Origin: Amphiscolops sp. MND2022
Taxonomy: Eukaryota
Direction: 5' to 3'
Assembly (NCBI GenBank): GCA_964187785.1
Contig: OZ076409.1
Span: forward strand, 43,526,001 to 43,590,000
Length of the DNA: 64,000 nt
Shown here: one piece after another, positions 51,773 through 64,000 of the stretch
Layout: the number at the start of each line of letters is the position of its first letter
Numbering within the stretch: the stretch's first letter is position 1
Position numbers and translations under genes: made by a program
Notes under the pieces: generated by a model
Database searches by the model: none
Told to the model about the DNA's origin: nothing
Seen by the model: only the letters and a program-made list of their open reading frames with translations

Positions 51773-52379
51773 TTCATGAAGTGAAACGCGACTATTATAG
51801 TGACTTTTTTCTATCCACACGAACTGACCAAAATAGTTCTTAAAAGTTCTACAAAATATTATGGTGTCTAATTGCACCATTTGGCCTAGCGAACTGGACC
51901 AAAATGGTTTTACCTGTTTTTCCGCGTAATATATCATACCGGGCGAGACCAAAGAGTCCCCCCTTTCATTTTTTCGGCACTGCGAGACATTTTTTTTCGA
52001 AATTTTTTTTCCTCAAAGGGTCCCCCTGCATTTCTTTGATGTTTTGCGACAGAATGGATGTTGGAAAATCCCAAAAGGTTCCTCCTTTCAGTTTTTTTCG
52101 GCATTGTGAGATTTTTTCCCGAAAATAAAATTTTTTTTTCAATTTTTTCATGTTTTGCGACAGAATGGATGTTGAAAAACCTCAGAGGGTCCCCCCTTTC
52201 AGTTTTTCGGCTTTGTGAGACGTTAGCGCGCCACTCGGTCCATTTTTTGAGTATGAATTTTTTTCAAAAAAAAATTTCGACTTTCGACTACTGTAAACGA
52301 ATACTTGACACTTGGAAGTCTTTTTGCTATTTTTGAGCCTTGGATATGGCGCCGACTTGGGCCGGTCCCGGCTTGTTTT
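51773..52379 (+). mobile_element. HINE family 1 copy (5' tip missing)
   Basis: TTCATGAAGTGAAACGCGACTATTATAGTG ... GGCGCCGACTTGGGCCGGTCCCGGCTTGTTTT; reverse complement of 28339-28990. Confidence 0.8.
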
Positions 52380-52382
52380 GCA

Positions 52383-52883
52383 TTTTTAGTCGGCGCATTT
52401 TAGAAGAAAATGAGCCCGACTATTACAGTGGCAAGTTTTTTTTTCTTTTTTTTTCGTCAGACCACAGAATGTATGCGTAGTGGACACTTTTTACAGAACT
52501 ACTAAAAGTACTGCACCGGCAAGCGGAACCATATCTGAGTTACTGCAAAGGGTCCCCCCTTTCGTGTACTCAATTTTTAACGTAAGATACAAAACCGGAC
52601 GGAACTACAGGGTCCCCCCTTTGAATTTTTTTCGGCACTGTGCGACTTTTTTTTCGAAATTTTTTTAACGTCCCCAAAGGGTCCCCCCTTGGAGTTTTTT
52701 GTTATTTTGCAACAGAATGTGTGTTTATAAATCAAAAAAGGTCCCCCTTTTACATTTTTCGGCACTACGCGACATTTTCCGAAAGAAAAATTTTTTTCGA
52801 AAATTTCAAGTTTTTTCCAAAAAAATGTTTTGCGCTTTTTGAGACTTAGATATAGCGCCGACTTGAGACGTTCCCGTCTTGTT
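52383..52883 (+). mobile_element. HINE family 1 subfamily copy
   Basis: TTTTTAGTCGGCGC ... GCGCCGACTTG-AGACG-TTCC-CGTCT-TGTT: same sub-TIRs, different 3' hairpin sequence. Confidence 0.75.
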
Positions 52884-53842
52884 ATAGTATAACCATAATT
52901 TGTCGGTGCTCCTAGTTAAGTGAAATAGCTACTTTTCTCTTCAAGACAGACTCGATTGCGACGAAACGGATAGGAAAGTTTGTCTAGATATTCCATTTGA
53001 CCTAGTTGCTAGTGCGCTGACTTCCGAGGAACAAAGTTCTAATCGCTGTAGTGTCTAACTTTTGCGCAGACCTGGAGCTGTTCTCGACTTGTTTTTCAAT
53101 CATAATCACGTGCACGATCTTCGGATGGAAGCCCACTTCATCTCCATCGATAACAGGATTCTTTCCCACGTTTGGGCAAGGAAAATCAACGACTCTCTAC
53201 AACTGTATTGCCCTCCAAATTAACTACTCTAAATCAACTATGTTAGAGTAAGAGTTAAACTTCACTTTTTTTCAGCCTAGTGAAAAGATACTTTTGGAAG
53301 TCAACCGCCAGACTGAATTAAGTGTCACATCATATGAATATACAAAACAAAATAATGAATAACAATACATTATGATCAACGATATCATTTACAATAATTT
53401 GTTAAGGAAAATTATCCAACTTAAACCAACATAGTTTTAGACAATATAGAATTTTTCAGGTTCACCAAACATTACATGGCTCCGCATACAACAGCACTTG
53501 CTATAGTTATATAACCAAAACCTTAGACAAATCCTGTCAAGTTTCTCAATAGCATTTCAGAAATGAAACAACAAACTCAGCTGCTGTCAACAGCAGATCG
53601 ATAAGAGCAGATATCAGAGTCCTAATTGTAAGATCACAGATAGATGGTACACAGTTTTGTCTGCTTCATAATTTGTACATCAAACATCCCCGCAAAAGTC
53701 AAAGTGTAGGATATACAATCAGATAATAATAAGTAAGCTGAAGAGGAGTCAAGTAGGTTTTCTCATTGAATGAGCAAATGTTGAGTTGAGTTGATTGAAG
53801 GAAGAGGCCAATTTGGAGAGGGCGATGGATGAGAAGACTAGT

Positions 53843-56800
53843 CTAGAAGACGTTTCCTCGGTTGTCGGGTTTCTTTACCTTGTAGATTCGAACAATCCAG
53901 TGTTCTGTCGTGTAGGCCTCGTCTAACACGTTCAACTCGAAGTCTTTATTTCCGATCTCCACATCTCGCACACGATCAAAACCAGGGGGCTTAGCTGAAA
54001 AAAATACATGTAGTTTCAGCTGAAACCAACACGGGGCCGAACAGTTTAGTTTGAATGCTACATAAAATTGACTTCATAAAACTTTTTCATCACGAAAGCA
54101 AAGAGAAACATTGTTTCAGCTCAATCTACAATTCGAACTTTTGCATCATGAGAGATCTATTTGATTGTGATTCTCATTGCGAATCGAAAATATTTTCGTT
54201 AATAAATCACCCTCGTAATTTCATTAAAATTTCACAAATCGTCACAAGCTAATAAATTCTTGATACGAAGAGCGTTCCAAAAGACAATGGACTTACAGAA
54301 AGCTGGTTTTTAATTTAGTAAATACATGTATTATGCCCCCAGCATGTAAGCGAAAAGGTTAGGGACCCCCCTCCCAAATTAGTGAACAGAAAATTAGTTG
54401 ACACAAAATTAACAAAGGTAGGAATTAGCCAGCGAACAATAAGAACGCCGCTAAATTAAGAAGAGATCTTGTCGTTTACTGGCTAATTATTTGCCTGCGT
54501 CTGTTATAAGCACCCAATAATATTTACTAAAAATAGAAACCTTTTATTTAAGCTTTCTATAAGACCATTGTAAAATTCAGCTTTACCAACAAATGTATTC
54601 TTTTTTTTTGGGGGGGGGGGGGGGGAAGGGGTTGTATCAAGAGCTCGAACAGGAAAGAGCCAGATTCAGTGTATTTCCGAAGTTGAAAAATTGCCAATGG
54701 CCACAATTCATATTCAAAATTAGGTTGAGTTTAATTTTCAAATGTGCAATAACTAGATTCACAGAGTGCAAAAACAGATAAATGGATTCTAGACAACCAG
54801 TGGAATCAAATTTTCAGGAAAAAAATCAAAAACCTACTCAAAACGGGGAAAATTACTGAAAAGTTCTTTCTGCGCCTGAGATTTCACTTAATACTCCATC
54901 TAAATTGAAAATGAGAAGAAACCATTTTGATTGGTTGCTAACGGCCTCAGCACATAGGGGGATGATTTCATCACAATATTTGATTTACTCAAAATTTGTC
55001 AGGAGTCATTGAATGCATGCATTTCCATGCCACGCTCTTTCCTGAGTCAGAAATGAATGCATAACACAGATGTAGCATCTTTCAAGTCCAACTAATGTGT
55101 TCTACTGCATTCAATACCAAAACACAACTGCATACTTGCACATAATGGCATGATCGAGTGAGACTAGGAAAGCAAACACGTTACTAACAGCCGTCAGTGT
55201 AAACTTGTCCGAATTTGTAGTAGCACATTTTGTACATCATGCAATTCAGCAACGTGGGACTTCCTTCTCGGTCTACTTTGAATTCCCCAGCAGATGTGTA
55301 GTAATGCTCTTCCTTGATATGTTTGCCCAGCTCTGTGTTTCCCCCGATTCGAACCATCCACAAAAATTTGTTGATGTCGTCAGAGGAATATCCGACGAGA
55401 CCTGAAGTCATTAATTTTGTTGACAGAATTGAATAGCAACCCTATTTTTCTAGTCAAACCGAAGACACAAAGCACTAGAGAAGATTGGAACGTATTCGCA
55501 GTAAATGTTTCCGAGCATCGCAATATAATCAGCAATATGGCAGCCAAGGCTCTCAACAAAACAGAAAATGAGTTGATATTTCTGTTCCCCATTAATTTTT
55601 AAAATTGGTATCTTCAAAGTTGGAGAGAAATTTAATAGTAAAAACTGAAGTTTCAACCCAACTTGGCCATTTTTCGGCCAAACAGTTGTTTATTGCGTTT
55701 CATTTGCGAACTATTACTTCCGCCGACCTCCGAGATTGGGCAAACCAGGCGTAGGTGTTGCATGATAATTGGAATTTTCTTCAAAGGTTTTGTTTTGGTT
55801 TTCCGACAAAAAATTGTTATACCTCCGAACACTACAAGTACGTAGTCCACATCCAGTTGTTTCATGATGCCATAGGCGTGTTCCTCGGTTGAGCTCATGG
55901 CTTGGCCCACTCTAGATATGTGCGTGTTGTTCCACGTGTTGTTGTCCACCAGGATCGTACGGTTGCCCATGGCAGTTATCTGGTATCCGTAATCCCACCA
56001 AGACATGATCTTTGAGTCCTGAAACCAACAGAGTTTTTTTCACAGAGAACTTTTTTGTCTATGGCACTTCCCAAAGAAAGATCGAATATCTTCTGCATTA
56101 GTTCGATTCAACAGGAAATTGAACATGAAAAAATATGAAGGCATCAGTGGTAACGGAGCTTCAAGTAGAAAATTTGACTTTCCAAAAAATAAAAAAAGCA
56201 ATAGCTGACCTCGGGCGTGTTTTTAGCCAACCACCTGTAAGCTTCTCGGAAGTCGTCGAAGATAATCCGGTTTCCATCGTGACCCTTGGCTCCCAGCACA
56301 ATTGAGGGACTAGAGTAAGCTTCGCTAGTTACCCAGACACAGTGCATAGCATACATGGACAGGAACACAGTCAACATAGCCACCACTCCACACGCGACCT
56401 CACCCTTTGCGGGATAATTCCAGTCACTGTTTCCGGCGTACTTCTTACTAGTTCCAACAGACTTGCCGGCTCCACTCGTCTGTTTGTTAATGAATTCCAC
56501 GTAGTTCTTCATGTACAGGTTCAGAACAGCGTTGAGGCCTATTCCCCCAACAACGCACATGATGGGAGCCAGCACTAACATCAAACGTACCATGACACCC
56601 TACCAACAGAAATCTTCACTCAAGAAAAGCATAACTATTCACAGCACAAGCAGTTGAATCTGATACTCATTATGTTGCTATTTTTAGTGAGAAACAGCAA
56701 ATGACAAAACGATACTTACGGCAAAATAGATGCTTGTAATTCCGTACATAATGACGAAGATGTTCTGTTCTGTCAGTTTTGTGAAGCAGTAATACATCCC

Positions 56801-58402
56801 AACTGAAAACAGAAAATATACAAGAACAGATCATGTCACTGGTCAACTTTTGAGGATGACGCTAACCTGGAAACATGATAACGAGCATATGCAGATCAAA
56901 GTAGAAAGAAGACCAGGCAGTAGGCTGATGCTCAGAAACAGATGCAATGATGGGAATATTGTTCTTGGCATAGCTAGGGTCCAGTAAAGAATAGAATCTT
57001 CCAGTCCATGGTGCAATCTAAATTTATATAGTTCTTGATTTACATAGCAATTTATTGAGATTAAATCTGAACCCATTGAACTTGTGATGTGACCCACCTT
57101 GCCGAGAAGTTGAAGAATGGTAGCAGCCGCGACAGCTCCGCCAACACTGACTACCAAGAAACATTTAACGAGGTAGAAAAAATCAGCGTGGGACAACTTT
57201 GCTCTCAAGTATTCGACAAAAGCTACTATTTGACACAGTCCAAATACACCGAAGGCTGCCATATGTTCACTCGTTTCGACGGGTTGAAACCCAACGAACG
57301 GAATCTGCATAGAGAGCAAAGTTCCAAGGCAGTACACCGTGGTATATGCTACGTAGATCTTATGAGAGAAGCGCCCAGTTATCATGATAACAAGCACATG
57401 AAGAGGAATCAAGTTGATGAGGAACACATATCCACCCCATGATGATACCATGTAGAAGTAAGCCAGAGAACACATGACACTCCAGAATATGGACCCGGTT
57501 TTCACTGATTTGATCCACAGTGTGTAGGTGAGCATCATACAGAAAATCGCAATACCCTCATTATCGTAAGAGCCAGCAACTGATCGGGAGATATAACCTG
57601 GTACGGCTGAAATCATTGCAGCTGCCAACAGACCGGCGCCGACGCTCTAAAAATACAATTTCCGTTCAATTGTATTTAACTAAAAGCAATCTTATATTAA
57701 AGGCTGGAGTTGAAACTAACGTAAACTTCCTTCGTGAATTGGTACGTGATTAGAACAGTGAAGGAAGAAAAGACAGGGGCCAGAAATACACAAACTTCTC
57801 GCACATCAACCGTCAAATTGAACGTGTTCAGAATATTATAGATGAATGCTGATGTTACCATCAAACCTTGAAAAGACGTTTTAGATACAAAGTGAAAATA
57901 ACATCGCCTTTTTCAAAGAGTAACAAATCATATTTTATTTTAAATCTAACCAGGATAGATCGTTCCACCAATAATACGTCCCAAGGGATACCATGCTGTG
58001 TCATCGAACCAATCAAGAAACTCGTAAAATCCTTCTTCAGAAAGAAACTTCGTCGTTCGGTAATTGAAGTAGCTAGGAAGAGGAAGCGTATGATAATTAA
58101 TCACCCATACAAAATTTAATTTTAAAAACATACGCTGTAAAACTCACGGATCAAACTCGTGAATAACACTCTCAAAGCGAATGACCGCAAAAAGACGCAC
58201 AGAAAAGGCTGAAACAATTTGAAACACTTGATAGTGAAATTCAGAAATTCATGAAAAATCTGATTTCAAAACAAGGTGACGTACCAAGAATAGCTGCAAT
58301 TGAAAGAATCAGGAGCTTCAGCAACGACTCCTGTTTTGCAAAAGAAAACTTTGAGGATGCTAAGGGCAACTGGAAATTGAAACTCTCCGCCGAGAAAACC
58401 AT
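53843..58402 (-). CDS. STT3A: Oligosaccharyltransferase catalytic subunit STT3A, ~726 aa
   Basis: Exons 58402-58285, 58208-58148, 58072-57951, 57866-57721, 57646-57098, 57017-56867, 56802-56720, 56599-56210, 56018-55823, 55401-55189 and 53994-53843. All GT-AG with consistent phases (2181 nt). Motifs [86 protein letters not shown]. The short N-terminus and LLKLLILS motif favour STT3A over STT3B. Confidence 0.96.
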
Positions 58403-58735
58403 CTCTGAAACGATACATACAATGCAATATGAATACAGGCAATCAATTTCAATCAACTGTTATGTTCAAAGTTGTTCGAGTTTTATTGTTCTTACGCGAC
58501 GATTGAGTCACTCTTCTACAAACTACTACTATTACTACTAAAACGTTTTGACGTAGAATTTTTTTCCCACAAACTGGATCATTAAATTCTACAAACTGGA
58601 TATCGTTCACACAAGATCCTGAGAGCTCCACCGCCTAAGATCTAGAGGAATAAGATCTAAAAACTGAAATGTGGGGCATATCCGGTGTATTCACCATCGC
58701 CTACTCCGTGGCAAAGACCCACTACGATCTGCGTT

Positions 58736-60306
58736 CCGGATACGGGACAATTTGCCGAAAATTGACTCAGGGACGATTTGCCGAATAATTTTCGGCAAAT
58801 TGTCCATCACGTTCGGTAAGGGTGCGGCGAATAGGTCCGAATGCCGATGACCGAATTGCAAGAAAGAAGTCCGACTATTTCAACAAGGCTATAAGTCAGA
58901 AAGAATAAGTTCGACTGGGATGCAAAATGGAAGAAATACGAATGACTTAAACCTAACGAAGTCCGAATCGGTTTTTTATGAAAAAATAGTCAATTGTTAT
59001 GAAAAACTAACGAGATTTAAGGCGATTTTTTGCAGAATGGACGAAATTTAACGCGGTTTTTTTGAGTACAAAACGTGCCTCTGATATTTACCCATTTCCT
59101 CTAGTGCCCCGCGCCCCCTTGGGGCCGCTTACATTCCCATCTTGCTAAGCGAGGTCGAACAGGAGCAAAGACCTAGCGGGAACGGAGATCGCGAAGCGAT
59201 CGTAGTGGGAGCTGGTCTTTGCGACGGTGAGGGCGAGCGTGCATACATCGCATATGCCCCACATTATATAATGTGCTACAAATGCTACAAACTTGAGTTC
59301 AGAGGTACAAATTGTCAATATAAAGTCGGAAACATCAACTTTGAGGACACAGAAGAAGTTAAAGACCTTGGCATCTTTGTAAAAAAAAGATCTCAACTGG
59401 TCAGCACATGTTAGCAGTAGGTTGAAAAAAGCCTATAATGTTTTGTTCTCCCTCAGGCGGAACATTGCGTACAATGTTAAATCTAACACTAAGCTGAACC
59501 TGTACAAATCGCTGGTACTTCCGACCGTCACCTATGGACTTTTTTGTGCCAAACAATCAAAAGCCATCATGAACGCTTTAGAGAGGCTCCAGAAGAAAGC
59601 TGTGAAATGGATAATGGGCAACAAACAGACTTGCTATGCTAACAGTTTGAGGCTACTGAACATTTTGCCGCTACCAATGTTTGTGCAGATGAACGATCTC
59701 CTACTTTTTTCATCGCTTACCAGAGGAAACCTGGCGAACATTTTGAACTTACATACCAAAATGACTTGCAGCGCACGCAGACCCATGAACTATCAAATGA
59801 AAATCCCCCGGACTGAGAGAAGCCGCAGCGAATTTTTCTTTAGGAATTGTTAGATCGTGAACAAGGTTAATAATTGCTTTGACATTGGCAACGGAATGGG
59901 TGTCAAAGACAGACTTCTCTGCGATATGTGGAGACACTACAATAACCAGTTCGACGAAGACAACTCTTGTACATGGTTAAGGGTGTGCGACTGTGGACAA
60001 TGTAGAATCAGGGGACGAAGATGTTAGAAAGAATTTGGGAGCAATCCCATCAGCGAAAGCTGTAAATCCACATCAACAACAACAACAACAACAATAAACT
60101 AAAAGTCTCTGCCATTTGACAAATTCGAACTATTTCCAAAAAATCGCACGTTCGAACTTAATCAGTCGGTCAGTTTTCGGTCTTAATCGATTCGGACTTA
60201 TTCTTTCGGACTTATGGTCGGACTAAAAAACTCGGACCTATTCTTTCGGACCTATTATGACAGTCCGTTCGGCAAATTGTCTTTCGGGGAATTGTACCGT
60301 ATCCGG
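58736..60306 (+). mobile_element. TIR MITE (CCGGATACGG TIR, GTCCGAA-repeat arms, core A at 59072-59267) carrying a CR1 insertion; itself inserted in a diverged core A
   Basis: CCGGATACGGGACAATTTGCCGAAA vs TTTCGGGGAATTGTACCGTATCCGG (22/25 inverted match). The flanks 58668-58735 and 60306-60319 join into a core-A-like sequence. No clear TSD. Confidence 0.7.
59270..60095 (+). mobile_element. 5'-truncated CR1/L2-group LINE 3' end with (AAC)n tail
   Basis: VKDLGIFV..LNWSAHV..KLNLYKSLVLP..LERLQKKAVKWIM..LNILPLP..EFFFR..CTWLRVCDCGQC*, then CAACAACAACAACAACA. Confidence 0.88.
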
Positions 60307-60350
60307 TTTTTGCTCCTGCGAAGTGTTTGAAATAGATCAGGAACTTCCCA

Positions 60351-60585
60351 CCTAATATGGGGTCATATGCGGTGTATGCACGCTCGCCCTCACCGTCGCA
60401 AAGACAAGCTCCCACTACGATCGCTTCGCGATCTCCGTTCCCGCTAGGTCTTTGCTCCTGTTCGACCTCGCTTAGCAAGATGGGAACATAAGCGGCCCCA
60501 AGGGGCCGCGGAGCACTAGAAAAAACGAGGACATATCCGAGGCACGTTTTATGCTTTGCATCATTCCTACATTAATGGTCTTATC
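60351..60585 (-). mobile_element. MITE core A copy
   Basis: Near-exact reverse complement of 59072-59267 and 61340-61535. Confidence 0.85.
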
Positions 60586-60774
60586 GTTTTTCAATTCCAG
60601 AAATCTACAAACTGGTATTTTTCAAACTGGACCTAACCAGTTTGTAGAAAACCAAACAAGATAATACAGGACGTTTCGGCATGAAAAATTTGCCGGAACG
60701 TCTCGAGGTTTTTTTTGCCGAAACGTCCTGTTCCCGTCTTTGCGACGGTGAGGGCGAGCGTGCATACACAGCAT

Positions 60775-61123
60775 GGGCGGGCGGAAATAGGTCGAAGGAA
60801 CGGGATCGAAAATCAAAGTTAGTCCTCAGGTCGACATACCAAATTTTTGAATGGGATCGAAACAACTCGGATCGAAATTTCTACAACGTAGTCAGATATG
60901 TTCACATACCCCTAGTGCCCTGAATGCAGGAGCGAAGCGAAGCGGAGCGACGTGCCATATGACCATGCCTCAATGTTGCTACTTGGCGAAGGGAGCGAAG
61001 CGACCGAGCCATACATCAAATACGATAAAATTCGACCGCATTCATTTCGAACCCTGCAATTCGATCAAAAGATTCGACCTCTGTCCTTTCAACCAGAAAA
61101 GTTCGACCTATTTACAGCCACCC
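60775..61123 (+). mobile_element. Mutator-like MITE (GTCGAA arms, core B), second copy
   Basis: Reverse complement of 24726-25064 including TIRs. TSD not retained. Confidence 0.85.
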
Positions 61124-61176
61124 CATAAGCGGCACCAAGGGGCTGTGGGGCACTAGAGGAATGAGGACATACCTGA

Positions 61177-61674
61177 GAGCTACGTAGAATCAGGTCTAAT
61201 GAAATAGATCTAAGAGAGGGGACAAGACTGGGATCTAAATAAATTGATCTGAATAATCAGGTCTAAAAATCTCTTTTAATTTCATCTAATTTCTAAAAAG
61301 TCAATTAGGGTCTAAAACTAAAAAGTGACATAAAGTATAAAACGTGCCTCAGATATGTCCCCATTTCCTCCAGTGCCCGCGGCCCCTTGGGGCCGCTTCT
61401 ATTCCCATCTTGCTAAGCGAGGTCGAACAGGAGCAAAGACCTAGCGGGAACGGAGATCGCGAAGCGATCGTAGTGGGAGCTGGTCTTTGCGACGGTGAGG
61501 GCGAGCGTGCATACATCGCATATGCCCCACATTATATTTTCGCTTTCAGAAAACATATTAGATCATAAAGGGGTTAGACCTAAGTATTTTGGATAAAATT
61601 AGATCTGAAAGTTAGACCTAACAGTTAGATCTAATTCAATTAGACCCAAGCAATTAGATCAAAGGCGTGCACTC
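61177..61674 (+). mobile_element. Mutator-like MITE (GATCTAA/TTAGATC arms, core A at 61340-61535) with 9-bp TSD
   Basis: CATACCTGA (61168-61176) / CATATCTGA (61675-61683). G(G/A)TCTAA repeats on the left face TTAGA(C/T)C repeats on the right. Inserted into another core-A copy. Confidence 0.7.
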
Positions 61675-62320
61675 CATATCTGAGGCACCTTTTAAACTTT
61701 GTATCATTCCTACATTATTGGTCTTATTTGTCCGCGCCGATCCTAGTGTAATTCGGAATCTTTATCTTTGCGGCGGACCATCCTGGCTTTACAGGCAGTT
61801 GAAAACGTTCTTTCAAAAAGAAAGAAAGTTTCAGTGAATTCAGAGAATGAGGGTTAAATATTTATGAAGAACGTAGCTCCTGTGGTTGACCAATTGTGGC
61901 TAAGTTTCCGCTAAGATTCGGCATAAAGCGGGAAAGCACCGAAGAGAGGAAGCTCGAAAGCGTTGAAGCATGTTATGAAACGATCAATTTTTAATCGGTG
62001 GAGAAGTAACTTGAGCAGAAATTCCCAAATATAGCCAATCAAAGGTCAAATACATGACAATCAAGATAGAACAGCAGATAATTTATCAATCTTTTAACAT
62101 TTTATAGCAATTTTACCAATTTTGCTATTTTCGCGAACTTTTTGATGAATTCAGAGCAGTTGTATTTCCATCTAAAATTTTCGTTGTCAAAGCAGATTCT
62201 ATTTGTGACATGCTCAAACATACCGCACGCCTCGATCAAATTGAACCATTAGGAGAAAACAAAGCGATTAGAGTTTCAACTAGAATAAGAGCAATTGGCC
62301 TGACTTTTGGTAGTATTTTT

Positions 62321-64000
62321 TTAAATGACGCGTGAGCCATCAAAGAGGGGAAGTTTTTTGAGTTTCTTGACAAGACGATTGTATTCGCCAGTTGATGTTC
62401 TTTTGAGCTTTACAACACGAACAAAATTGTCTGGTCCACTATGCACATACGACACTCGAGCCATGGGCCATTGTAAGGGAGCCGCGTTCTCGTCCATGAC
62501 ATGTGCATCATCGCCCACTTTGAGATTGGAGCTCTCTTTCGTCCATTTAGTTCTTTCCTGGAGAGTGGATACATATTTTTTTCCAGCTATTCCCGAAATG
62601 ACATAAGACATTTTGTATGTGAGTCCATCGAGCAGTTGCAGAGCAGCATTTCAAATCGGATGTCTGGAATGACTTCTCAGCCGGGTAGCTTCACAGTTTT
62701 GATCCACTTATCAGGTGCCCAGGAGTCAAAATGACTTCGTCTTTCGGATCATCTGAGACTAATCCTATGGGACTTGAATTTAGCACGTTTTTTACTTGGC
62801 AAAAAAGGGTGGAAAGCTCTTCAAAACTGAAAATATTTTTACCCATCATTCCAAAAATGCCTTTCTCTGCTGTTGACGCACAAGAACATCAGTAGCGTTC
62901 TTAAGTTCTACTGAAAGTCTGGAATTTTGTTTTCCTGTTTTGTTTCTCACGTAAGTTTTCGATGAATCGCAAAACGAAGGCATTTATGCGAGTCACTTTT
63001 CGAAACGAGATGTGCTTCGAAAGATCAATAATATCTATGAACGTGTCGTTCGACAATTGAACCGCCATCACGGTTATGTTTTGAGAAGACTTTTTCGTTT
63101 CTTCTTTCGTTCCTTCTGGTTTGAATAGAACGAATGGTTCATGAGTTTGCACTTGAGTCCAAATTCTTAAGATTTTGTTCTCTTGAATTTTAGCAATTCG
63201 ATTGGCTACAAAAGTTGCCCGAACGCTTGGCTGATAAGATATTCAGTTTAAAACAATAGTAGAGTCAGTCCAAGCGTATTGTGATTGAATTTTCACATTC
63301 ATTTTGTTAAGGCTTTCGAGAACTGATTTAACTAATTGACATCCCAGAAGGGCTGTGCAAAGTGCAAGTCTGGGTATTGATTGCGTTTTTAGAGGTGCAA
63401 TTTTGGCTTTTTGCTATGAGTAGAGTCAAACTCCGCCCGCCTAGCTCATCTTGATGCAAGCAGCCTTTCCGATCTCTGAAGAATCACAGAAGAGATGCCT
63501 GAACACGGTATCTGCTTGTTCTGTTTTCAACACAAAACGTTGTAGTTTTATCTTGCGAAGCGCATGTAATTTGAATCGTCATTCGATATACGATTCCATA
63601 TTGTCAGAGGGTATTTTATCATCCCAGCCGACATTGGTGTGCCATATAAGATGCATGATATGCTTCAATTTCAGCGTGACCGGCGAAAGCCAGCTGAAGG
63701 GGTCAAAGATTTTGGCGATGTCACTAAGGACTTTCCTTTCGTCTTATATGAATTATTCAGCTGTTGATCTAACTGCTGAATTTTGAAGCTGAAGTTATCA
63801 TGAGAAGGGTCCCTGACAAGGCCTAAGGTTTTAATGGTAAGATTTGTGCCAAGAAACTCAAAATGACTCATTAGCTTCTCGATACTCGGGCGGTAGAGAA
63901 AGCGTGAGCGGCGAATCACTACGGGTGTAATTTCGTAGGTGGAATTTGTTTCGTTCCAACCCGCTGATCAAACCTTTCTGTAGTTGCTTTGCTTGTTCAA
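62321..64000 (-). mobile_element. Decayed BEL/Pao LTR retrotransposon pol (RT end, RNase H, integrase C-terminus)
   Basis: KTLGL..RKVLSDIAKIFDPFSWLSPVTLKLK..W..NVGWDD; KAKIAPLKTQSIPRLAL; WTDSTIV; TFVANRIAKIQ; KYVSTLQERTKW..LKVGD..PLQWPMARV...GPDNFVRVVKL...YNRLVKKL. Confidence 0.92.

Noticed and set aside
54601..54632. T-run/G-run in the last STT3A intron as a G-quadruplex element
   Set aside because: Simple homopolymer with no supporting context.
60351..61535. Inverted core A copies as 200-bp TIRs of a foldback element
   Set aside because: The right copy belongs to a separate TSD-flanked MITE (61177-61674).

Overview
AT-rich, transposon-dense nuclear DNA from an invertebrate animal (GT-AG introns, LINE/LTR/MITE debris, one 200-N scaffold gap at 21751-21950). 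Three intact spliced host genes can be rebuilt by hand: an hnRNP A/B-type 2xRRM + Gly-rich gene (+, 26192-29174, 7 coding exons), a divergent MIF/D-dopachrome-tautomerase-like gene lacking the catalytic Pro-1 (+, 35874-36987, 3 exons) and STT3A (-, 53843-58402, 11 exons). Most of the rest is mobile DNA. This includes a 3 x 3.7 kb tandem array (LINE 5' end + 2.26 kb solo LTR with CTTGC TSD), a 4 x 973 bp array with ABAB higher-order structure, two related LINEs with an extra SGNH-like ORF ahead of a PHD/zinc-knuckle ORF1, CR1-like LINEs, a CRE-like RLE tail, a decayed class-I fusion (env) gene with PPT and 3' LTR, BEL/Pao and Gypsy remnants, and three Helentron-type HINE families (one carrying a tRNA-Glu-derived segment). 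The most distinctive pattern is a set of Mutator-like MITEs (9-10 bp TSDs) whose short-repeat arms differ between families but which share interchangeable, GC-rich, hairpin-dense cores. All calls are by eye, with no database searches. About 29.2-35.5 kb and 41-43 kb remain unexplained.
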